Source: Chloroflexota bacterium
GTDB lineage: Bacteria; Chloroflexota; Anaerolineae; Anaerolineales; Villigracilaceae
DNA: 64,000 nt
NCBI GenBank assembly: GCA_019873655.1
Contig: JAIOAU010000001.1
Location: 83,984-147,983 of the forward strand
Reading direction: 5' to 3'
Made by a program: the position numbers and the translations under genes. The notes beneath the pieces are model-generated. The model searched no databases. It worked only from the letters and a program-made list of their open reading frames with translations, and had not been told where the DNA came from. Shown one piece after another: positions 1 to 6,758 of the stretch. Each line of letters opens with the position of its first letter. Position 1 is the stretch's first letter.

Positions 1-1
1 G

Positions 2-232
2 GCCCTGATGATTGCCGAAAAGGTCAATCTCTTCGACCCCAAGAATCTGGCCATCGGGGCCGTCATCATGATCGTCGGCGTCGGCGGGCATATTGCTTAC
101 AACAGTTTCCTGCCCATCCCGCTCCTGCAGGGCATCTTCCCGCAGGGCTGGCCGGCGATTGCCACCGCCGCCGTCCTCGGCATTCTGCTCAATGCGGTCT
201 TCTCGATTTTCAAACCGAAGAACGGCGAATAG
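2..232 (+). CDS. C-terminal fragment of a nucleobase (uracil/xanthine, NCS2-like) permease; the 5' end lies outside the window
   Basis: The frame is open to the left edge. It encodes two terminal hydrophobic helices (AIGAVIMIVGVGG, WPAIATAAVLGILLNAVFSIF) and a short polar tail. It sits just upstream of the pyr genes, as pyrP does in Bacillus. Confidence 0.45.
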   Translation, partial: ALMIAEKVNLFDPKNLAIGAVIMIVGVGGHIAYNSFLPIPLLQGIFPQGWPAIATAAVLGILLNAVFSIFKPKNGE

Positions 233-251
233 AGGCCTGTCGTTCCGAACG

Positions 252-286
252 GGCTGGAGCCGGGGGAAACCCCGCTCCAGCCTTTC
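252..286 (+). terminator. Hairpin downstream of the permease gene
   Basis: GGCTGGAGC(C)GGGGG-AAA-CCCCGCTCCAGCC followed by TTTCGCC. The stem is strong but the U tract is weak. Confidence 0.45.
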
Positions 287-291
287 GCCTC

Positions 292-319
292 TTGACAAAT
301 CCCCCGCCCGGCCTATAAT
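292..319 (+). promoter_or_regulatory. Sigma70-type promoter of the pyr operon
   Basis: TTGACA (292-297), a 16-nt spacer, then TATAAT (314-319). Confidence 0.6.
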
Positions 320-329
320 TCCGCCCGAT

Positions 330-401
330 ATGGTCACATTCTCGAACACGCGAGATTTTCTCTTCGAGCCGGTCGGCTTGATGTTTTCCTTTGCCCTTTA
401 G
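330..401 (+). promoter_or_regulatory. Candidate 23-codon leader ORF in the pyr leader
   Basis: The ATG at 330 lies about 10 nt after the -10 box. It encodes MVTFSNTRDFLFEPVGLMFSFAL. The TAG at 399-401 overlaps the first bases of the terminator stem. Confidence 0.35.
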
Positions 402-428
402 AGAGCCGTTCTCGGCTCTCTTTTTTTG
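400..428 (+). terminator. Intrinsic terminator (attenuator) in the pyr leader
   Basis: AGAGAGCCG-TTCT-CGGCTCTCT followed by TTTTTT. It lies between the promoter and the pyrC ATG at 481. Confidence 0.75.
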
Positions 429-480
429 CCTGTGCTTCTTGACAGGCTAAAAGCCTGTCCTACGGAATGACTATCTGACT

Positions 481-1545
481 ATGAGACTCCCCGGACTGAT
501 TGACCCCCACGTCCACGTGCGCGAACCCGGCCAGACCCACAAGGAAGACTGGGATACCGCCACCCAGGCCGCGCTGGCCGGCGGCGTGACGACCGTCCTC
601 GCCATGCCGAATACCAAACCGCCCATCTTCGACGCCGCGACCCTCGACCTGGCGCTGGCCGCGGCCAACGAAAAAGCGCGCTGCGACTACGCCCAGTACC
701 TCGGCGCCGGGCCGGCCAACGCCGCCGAGGCCGCCCGCCTCGCCCCACGCGCCGCCGGGCTGAAAATGTACCTCGACAGCACCTTCGGCGAACTGCGCCT
801 GGACGACATGACCCTCTGGCTGGAACACTTCCGCCGCTGGAGCGGCCCCGGCCCCATCGTCGTCCACGCCGAGAGCCGCAGCATGGCCGCCGCCCTGGCC
901 TGCGCGCAGATGTTCGACCGTCCCGTTCACATTGCCCACGTCTCCCTGCGCGAGGAGATTCTGCTCATCAAGGAGGCCAAAGCGCGCGGCGTCAAAGTCA
1001 CCTGCGAGGCGACGCCGCACCATCTCTTCCTCGCCGCCGACGACATCCCGGCCATCTCGCACGGACATCCCGGCCGCGGCGAGGTCCGCCCGCGCTTGGC
1101 CTCCCGCGCCGACGTGGAGGCCCTCTGGCAAAACCTGGACGTGATTGACTGCTTCGCCACCGACCACGCCCCGCACACCCTCGCCGAAAAGGACGGCGAG
1201 AATCCGCCTCCGGGCTTCCCCGGCCTGGAGACGATGCTCCCGCTTTTGCTCACTGCTATTGACGCCGGACGTTTGACCTTTGACGATTTGATTCAAAAAC
1301 TGGCGATTAACCCAAGAAAAATTTTCCATCTCCCCGAACAACCCGAAACCTGGGTCGAAGTGGACGAAAACGCCCGCTGGGAAATTCGGGCAGCAGAACT
1401 CCGCTCAAAGTGCGGCTGGACACCCTTCGAGGGCTGGCAGGTTCGGGGTCGCGTGACGCGGGTCGTCCTGCGCGGGCGCGAGGCGTTCAAGGACGGCAGG
1501 ATTCTTGTCGAGCCGGGATACGGCCGGAATGTCCGCGAGGAATAA
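481..1545 (+). CDS. pyrC: Dihydroorotase, short CAD-like type
   Basis: Motifs [15 protein letters not shown] and THKED, candidate carboxylated-Lys context AAGLKMYL, flexible loop STFGELRLD, and DHAPH. Confidence 0.9.
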   Translation: MRLPGLIDPHVHVREPGQTHKEDWDTATQAALAGGVTTVLAMPNTKPPIFDAATLDLALAAANEKARCDYAQYLGAGPANAAEAARLAPRAAGLKMYLDSTFGELRLDDMTLWLEHFRRWSGPGPIVVHAESRSMAAALACAQMFDRPVHIAHVSLREEILLIKEAKARGVKVTCEATPHHLFLAADDIPAISHGHPGRGEVRPRLASRADVEALWQNLDVIDCFATDHAPHTLAEKDGENPPPGFPGLETMLPLLLTAIDAGRLTFDDLIQKLAINPRKIFHLPEQPETWVEVDENARWEIRAAELRSKCGWTPFEGWQVRGRVTRVVLRGREAFKDGRILVEPGYGRNVREE

Positions 1546-1569
1546 AAAAGCGCAGAGTTGCCTCTGCGC
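1543..1569 (-). terminator. Intrinsic terminator for the minus-strand antitoxin-like gene; may also act on pyrC
   Basis: GCGCAGAG-TTGC-CTCTGCGC preceded by an A6 run on the plus strand, which reads as a U tract on the minus strand. Confidence 0.6.
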
Positions 1570-1592
1570 CAGTTTGCGAAGCCGCCAATTGC

Positions 1593-1868
1593 CTATGACT
1601 CGGTCAATCTTCCGGTCACGTACTTGTGCAGGATGCTGGAAATCAGAGTCTGGTAGGGAATGCCTTCCCGCAGAGCGCGTTTTTGCAATTCGAGCAGGTC
1701 TTTTTCGGAAATGCGGATGTTGACGCGCTTGTCCTTGCGGAAGGCCGCGCGGGCGTAGGCCTGATACTGGGCCGCCTGCTCCTTGACATTCTTCGCCGAC
1801 TGCCACTCCTCGTTCTCGTAAGAGGCCAGCAGTTCGAGTTCATCCGGCTGGAGGTTCAAGTCGCTCAT
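1593..1868 (-). CDS. CopG/RHH-type (BrnA-like) antitoxin-family protein with no adjacent toxin
   Basis: The C-terminus KDKRVNIRISEKDLLELQKRALREGIPYQTLISSILHKYVTGRL is typical of this antitoxin family. The ATG at 1868 has a GGAGAA Shine-Dalgarno; the TTG at 1901 is less likely. Confidence 0.7.
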   Translation of the reverse strand: MSDLNLQPDELELLASYENEEWQSAKNVKEQAAQYQAYARAAFRKDKRVNIRISEKDLLELQKRALREGIPYQTLISSILHKYVTGRLTES

Positions 1869-1971
1869 TTTGCGGTTCTCCGCAAAGACTTTTGTACTCA
1901 AATTTTAGACCCTTGTGTGCCTTTTGGCAACACCCTATCCGACTATTCGACTATCAGACTAGGAGACTACC

Positions 1972-2952
1972 ATGACTATCCAAAAACACACCATGACCCA
2001 CCTGCCCCTCGGCGATCACAAGACCGCCCCCTGGTACGGCAAGGACATCCTCTCGGTCAAGCAGTTCGACCGCCTCGACCTGGAATACATCTTCGGCGTG
2101 GCCCACGAAATGCACGACATGGTGGACCACATCGGGACGTTCGACCTGCTCAAGGGCAAGATTCTCGCCAACCTGTTCTACGAACCGTCTACACGCACCT
2201 CGTCCTCCTTCACTGCGGCGATGGAACGGCTGGGCGGCTCGGTCATCCCCATCAACGAGGTGAAGTACTCTTCCGTCGCGAAGGGCGAATCCCTGCCCGA
2301 TACCGTCCGCACGCTGGAATGCTACGCCGACGTCATCGTCCTGCGCCACCCGGAGGTCGGCTCGGCGGCGATTGCGGCCAAGGCCGCCCGCAAGCCGGTC
2401 ATCAACGCCGGCGACGGCATCGGCGAACATCCTACCCAGGCCCTGCTCGACGCCTTCACCATCCGCGAGGAACTCGGTCACATTGACGGCCTCACCGTCA
2501 CCCTGCTCGGCGACCTGAAGCACGGGCGCACCGTCCACTCGCTGGCGCGGCTCCTCTCGCTCTACAAGGTCAAACTCAACTACGTCTCGCCCGACATCCT
2601 GCGCATGCCCGCCGAACTGATGGATGAACTCAGCCAGAAGGGCGTCGAGCAGACCGAATACACCACCCTCGACGCCTGCCTGCCGGAGACCGACGTCCTC
2701 TACGTCACCCGCGTCCAGAAGGAACGCTTCGCCGACGAGGCCGCTTATGAATCGGTCAAGGGCGCGTACGTCATCAACGCCGAGGTGATGAAGGCCGCCA
2801 AACAACGCATGATTGTCATGCACCCCCTGCCGCGCGTCGGCGAAATCGACCCGGCCTTCGACGAAGACCCCCGCGCCGCCTACTTCCGCCAGATGGAGTA
2901 CGGCCTATACGTCCGCATGGCGCTGTTGGCGATGGTGCTTGGGAAAGCGTAA
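1972..2952 (+). CDS. pyrB: Aspartate carbamoyltransferase catalytic subunit
   Basis: Motifs [16 protein letters not shown] and HPLPR. An AGGAG Shine-Dalgarno lies upstream. Confidence 0.95.
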   Translation: MTIQKHTMTHLPLGDHKTAPWYGKDILSVKQFDRLDLEYIFGVAHEMHDMVDHIGTFDLLKGKILANLFYEPSTRTSSSFTAAMERLGGSVIPINEVKYSSVAKGESLPDTVRTLECYADVIVLRHPEVGSAAIAAKAARKPVINAGDGIGEHPTQALLDAFTIREELGHIDGLTVTLLGDLKHGRTVHSLARLLSLYKVKLNYVSPDILRMPAELMDELSQKGVEQTEYTTLDACLPETDVLYVTRVQKERFADEAAYESVKGAYVINAEVMKAAKQRMIVMHPLPRVGEIDPAFDEDPRAAYFRQMEYGLYVRMALLAMVLGKA

Positions 2953-2954
2953 AA

Positions 2955-3040
2955 CAGTGTCACGTGCCATGTGCTCCGGTGTCAAGTATAAAACTCTGGC
3001 GCTGGAACACCGTGACACTTGACACGGAAACACTTGACAC
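2955..3040. repeat. Inverted and direct GTGTCA/TGACAC repeats in the pyrB-pyrF spacer
   Basis: AGTGTCACG (2955-2963) pairs with CGTGACACT (3011-3019). GGTGTCAAGT (2978-2987) pairs with ACTTGACAC, which occurs twice (3017-3025 and 3032-3040). Confidence 0.5.
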
Positions 3041-3048
3041 TTACACCG

Positions 3049-3879
3049 ATGGAAACCTTCTTCTCCCTCCTCGCCAGGCGCGTTGAGGAGAGCAATTCCC
3101 TCCTCTGCGTCGGCCTCGACCCGCACCCTGCTGACCTGCCTGCCCCCACCGCCGAGGCGGCGCGGACCTTTTGCCTGAATCTCGTCCGACAGACTGCTCC
3201 CTACGCCGCGGCGTTCAAGCCCAACGCCGCCTTCTTCGAGGTCTTCGGCGCGGAGGGCTGGACGGCGCTCAAGGACGTGATAGACGCCGTCCACGCCGAA
3301 TCGGCGCGCCTCGGCTCGCAGATTCCCGTCATCCTGGACGCCAAGCGCGGCGACATCGCCTCCACCGCCGAGGCCTACGCCCGCGCCGCCTTCGAAACCC
3401 TCGGCGCGGACGCGCTCACCGTCAACCCCTACCTCGGTCACGATGCGGTCGAACCCTTCCTGCGCGACCCGCGCAAGGGCGTCTTCCTGCTCTGCAAGAC
3501 GAGCAACCCCGGCGCGGGAGATTTGCAGGATTTGCTTGTGAGAGAAACTTCCGAAGTCTCTACGCCCCTGTATCTCCATGTGGCAAAACTCGCCCAAACC
3601 TGGAACACGCGCGGCAACCTCGGCCTGGTCGTCGGGGCGACTCACCCGGAGGCCCTGGCCCGCCTCCGCCTCGCCGCGCCGGATTTGTGGTTCCTCGTCC
3701 CCGGCGTCGGCGCACAGGGCGGGGACTTGGAGACCGCCCTCCGCGCCGGTCTGCGCGCTGACGGCAAGGGACTGCTCATCAACGTCTCGCGCGGCATCTC
3801 GCGCGCCGAGAATCCCGGTCAGGCCGCGGCTGAACTGCGCGACCAGATTCTGGCTCTCCGCCGTTCCTATGAACACTGA
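3049..3879 (+). CDS. pyrF: Orotidine-5'-phosphate decarboxylase (long, type 2)
   Basis: Motifs LCVGLDPH and DAKRGDIASTAEAY. I prefer the ATG at 3049 to the TTG at 3019. Confidence 0.9.
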   Translation: METFFSLLARRVEESNSLLCVGLDPHPADLPAPTAEAARTFCLNLVRQTAPYAAAFKPNAAFFEVFGAEGWTALKDVIDAVHAESARLGSQIPVILDAKRGDIASTAEAYARAAFETLGADALTVNPYLGHDAVEPFLRDPRKGVFLLCKTSNPGAGDLQDLLVRETSEVSTPLYLHVAKLAQTWNTRGNLGLVVGATHPEALARLRLAAPDLWFLVPGVGAQGGDLETALRAGLRADGKGLLINVSRGISRAENPGQAAAELRDQILALRRSYEH

Positions 3880-3904
3880 ACACTGACCCACTGAACACTG
3901 AATC
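3871..3904. repeat. Four CACTGA copies spanning the pyrF stop and the next start
   Basis: GAACACTGAACACTGACCCACTGAACACTGAATC. The motif recurs every 7-8 nt and places TGA in two frames just before the ATG at 3905. Confidence 0.5.
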
Positions 3905-5131
3905 ATGACCTTCTACCTCACCGCCACCATTATCACCATCACCTATATCGGCATCGCCATCGGCGGCTATCCCGGCCTGCGCGTCAACCGCACCACGCTG
4001 ACGCTCATCGGCGTCGGCGCGCTGCTTGGCCTCGGCTTGCTTGACTTCAAGCAACTCGGCAGTTTGCTCGAAATCAACACCCTCGTCCTGCTCTTCGGGA
4101 TGATGATTATCAACGCCAACCTGCAACTGGCCGGGTTCTTCCGGCTGGCGGGCGCGTCCATTCTCAAGTTCACCCGCTCGCCGCGCGCCCTGCTGGCGCT
4201 GGAGATTCTCGTCGCCGGGGTGTTGAGCGCCCTCTTTCTGAACGACACCATCTGCATCATGCTCACCCCGCTCATCGTGGACGTGACGCTGACCGCCAAA
4301 CGCAATCCCGTCCCCTACCTGATTGCCCTGGCGACGGCGGCCAACATCGGCTCGGTGGCCACTCTCACCGGCAACCCGCAGAACATGATTATCGGCATCG
4401 CTTCGGGGCTTTCCTACCTGCAATTCGCCGCCGCCCTGACGCCGATTGCCCTGCTCGGACTGGGCGTCATCTGGGTTGTGCTGGTCTGGTTCTATCCGCA
4501 GGAATTCCGCCGCGAACACTTCGACCATGTCGAAATCCCCGACCCGCGCGTCTTTCGTCCGCTCTTGACCAAGAGCCTCATCGTCACCGCCGGTCTGCTG
4601 GCAGCCTTTGTGCTGGGCGTGCCGATTGCCGAAGCGGCCTTCGTGGCCGGATGCGTCCTGCTCTTCACCCGCCGCGTCCGCCCGGAGAAGGTGATGAACG
4701 AGGTGGATTGGAATCTGCTGGTCTTCTTCGCCGCGCTGTTCATCCTGACCGGCGTCATCGAGTTGAATCACCTGACCGACGGCATCTTCGCCGCCCTGGC
4801 CTCCTTCCTGCAGAAAGGCGCGGCCGGGCTTTCGCTCATCACCGTCGTCATGTCGAACCTGGTCTCCAACGTCCCGGCGGTGCTGTTGTTGCGTCCGGCG
4901 GTGAGCCATCTCCCCAATCCCACCGCCGGCTGGCTGACCCTGGCCGCCGCCTCCACCCTGGCCGGCAACCTGACCCTGCTTGGCTCGGTAGCCAATCTCA
5001 TCGTCGCCGAGAGCGCCGCCAAGCGCGGCATCAAACTGACCTTTTGGGAATACACCAAAGCCGGTTTGCTCATCACCGTCCTCTCGCTTGCGATTGGCAT
5101 TGCCTGGATTCAACTGTTCATCTGGAAATAA
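3905..5131 (+). CDS. ArsB/NhaD-superfamily (CitMHS/SLC13-like) anion permease
   Basis: Polytopic membrane protein. The segments LNDTICIMLTP and ANIGSVATLTGNPQN are typical of this permease fold. Confidence 0.7.
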   Translation: MTFYLTATIITITYIGIAIGGYPGLRVNRTTLTLIGVGALLGLGLLDFKQLGSLLEINTLVLLFGMMIINANLQLAGFFRLAGASILKFTRSPRALLALEILVAGVLSALFLNDTICIMLTPLIVDVTLTAKRNPVPYLIALATAANIGSVATLTGNPQNMIIGIASGLSYLQFAAALTPIALLGLGVIWVVLVWFYPQEFRREHFDHVEIPDPRVFRPLLTKSLIVTAGLLAAFVLGVPIAEAAFVAGCVLLFTRRVRPEKVMNEVDWNLLVFFAALFILTGVIELNHLTDGIFAALASFLQKGAAGLSLITVVMSNLVSNVPAVLLLRPAVSHLPNPTAGWLTLAAASTLAGNLTLLGSVANLIVAESAAKRGIKLTFWEYTKAGLLITVLSLAIGIAWIQLFIWK

Positions 5132-5142
5132 ACGGAGTCCCC

Positions 5143-5751
5143 ATGACCTCCCAACCTGCCAACCTGTCCTCCCTCGCCGACGGCCTGCTCGCCGCCGGCT
5201 GCGTCAAGTTCGGCGAGTTTACCCTCAAGTCGGGGCTGAAATCGCCCATCTACATTGACCTGCGCCAGCTCATCTCGCATCCCCGCCTCCTGGAACAGGT
5301 CGCCGCCGCCTATTTGCCCATCCTGCAACAACTCTCCTTCGACCGCCTGGCCGCCCTGCCCTACGCCGCCATCCCGATTGCCACCGCCATCAGTTTGGCC
5401 GGGAACTACCCGATGATTTACCCGCGCAAGGAGGCCAAAGACTACGGCACGAAGGCCGACATCGAGGGCGAATATCACCCCGGCGAGACCGTCGCCGTGA
5501 TTGACGACCTGGCGACCACCGGCGGCTCGAAGTTCGAGGCCATCGAAAAACTGACCGCCGCCGGCCTGACCGTGCGCGACGTGGTCGTGCTGATCGACCG
5601 CCAGTCCGGGGCGAAGGAAGCGCTGGAGGGGGCCGGTTTCCGCCTCCATGCCGTGCTGACCATCACGCAACTGCTCGACTATTGGGAACAAGCGGGGAAG
5701 GTGGATGCAGAAAAAATCGCCGCCACGCGCCGCTTTTTGGAACAAGTCTGA
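5143..5751 (+). CDS. pyrE: Orotate phosphoribosyltransferase
   Basis: PRPP motif VAVIDDLATTGGS. The ATG at 5143 lies just after the permease stop, so the longer track ORF (from 4651) is an artefact. Confidence 0.9.
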   Translation: MTSQPANLSSLADGLLAAGCVKFGEFTLKSGLKSPIYIDLRQLISHPRLLEQVAAAYLPILQQLSFDRLAALPYAAIPIATAISLAGNYPMIYPRKEAKDYGTKADIEGEYHPGETVAVIDDLATTGGSKFEAIEKLTAAGLTVRDVVVLIDRQSGAKEALEGAGFRLHAVLTITQLLDYWEQAGKVDAEKIAATRRFLEQV

Positions 5752-6758
5752 TGTACCGCCGCTTCTTCCGTCCGCTCCTCTTCCGTCTCGACCCCGAAAC
5801 CGCCCACGGCCTGACCCTGAGCCTGCTCCGGCTGTCAGGCCTCGTCCCCCCGACGCGCTGGCTGTTGGAAGCGCTCTTCGCCGCGCCCGAAAAACCGGTG
5901 GAAGTCTTCGGCCTGCGATTCAAGAATCCGGTCGGGCTGGCGGCTGGCTACGACAAGGACGCGGTCGCCCTGCGCGGACTGGCCGCCCTCGGCTTCGGCC
6001 ACCTCGAGGTCGGGACGGTAACGCCGCGTCCGCAGCCGGGCAACCCGAAGCCGCGCATCTTTCGGCTGGTGGAGGACGAAGCCGTCATCAACCGCATGGG
6101 ATTCCCCGGCGCAGGCGCTGAAGTTGTGACCAACAACGTGCGAACGTTCAAACGCGCAAACGTAATTCTTGGAGTGAATCTCGGCAAAAACAAAGACACC
6201 CCGCTCGAATCCGCCGCCGAAGATTACCTCGCCCTGATGCGAACCTTCTCCCCGCTCGCCGACTACCTCGCCATCAACGTCTCCTCGCCCAACACGGTGG
6301 GACTGCGCCGCCTGCAGGGACGCGAAATGCTGGAAAATCTGCTTGGGAAGATTGAGGCGGCACGCCGCACATCGCACAGCGCACGCCCTATTTTAGTGAA
6401 ACTCGCACCAGATCTAAGCGACGAAGAACTCGACGACGCCCTGGACGTGATTCTGCGGACGGGCATGGACGGCGTCATCGCCACGAACACCACCCTGGGG
6501 CGCGAGGGGCTGCGCTCGGCGCGTCGGGGAGAATCCGGCGGGTTGAGCGGCAGCCCGCTGCGGGTCCGGAGCGAGGCGGTCCTGGAGCGGGTGTTGAAGC
6601 GGCTGGAGGGGCGTCTGCCGGTCGTCAGCGTGGGCGGCATCATGTCGCCGGAGGACGCAAAACGCCGCCTCGAGATGGGGGCGGCGCTGGTGCAGGTCTA
6701 TACGGGACTGGTCTATGCCGGGCCGGGGCTGGTGAGAGATATCGTCCGGGTTTGTTAG
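5751..6758 (+). CDS. pyrD: Dihydroorotate dehydrogenase (quinone), class 2
   Basis: Motifs GFGHLEVGTVTPRPQPGNPKPRIFRL and NVSSPNT. The ATG at 5751 overlaps the pyrE TGA by 1 nt. Confidence 0.9.
   Translation: MYRRFFRPLLFRLDPETAHGLTLSLLRLSGLVPPTRWLLEALFAAPEKPVEVFGLRFKNPVGLAAGYDKDAVALRGLAALGFGHLEVGTVTPRPQPGNPKPRIFRLVEDEAVINRMGFPGAGAEVVTNNVRTFKRANVILGVNLGKNKDTPLESAAEDYLALMRTFSPLADYLAINVSSPNTVGLRRLQGREMLENLLGKIEAARRTSHSARPILVKLAPDLSDEELDDALDVILRTGMDGVIATNTTLGREGLRSARRGESGGLSGSPLRVRSEAVLERVLKRLEGRLPVVSVGGIMSPEDAKRRLEMGAALVQVYTGLVYAGPGLVRDIVRVC

Noticed and set aside
395-421. PyrR-binding loop in the pyr leader
   Set aside because: The AGAGAG in UUUAGAGAGCC resembles part of the Bacillus PyrR box (UCCAGAGAGG). 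But it sits inside the terminator stem rather than in an upstream anti-antiterminator hairpin, and the flanking consensus bases are missing. No pyrR gene is visible in the window.
1869-1971. Toxin partner for the RHH antitoxin-like gene
   Set aside because: Only about 100 bp separate it from pyrB, and no ORF of useful size lies on either strand there or downstream before pyrC.
4651-5142. N-terminal extension of pyrE (366-aa track ORF), plus similar extensions of pyrD (5682-5750) and of the MoxR, SBP and Ldt genes
   Set aside because: The extensions overlap the preceding well-supported gene in another frame and are Arg/Pro-rich. Internal ATGs next to the upstream stop codons give proteins of canonical length.
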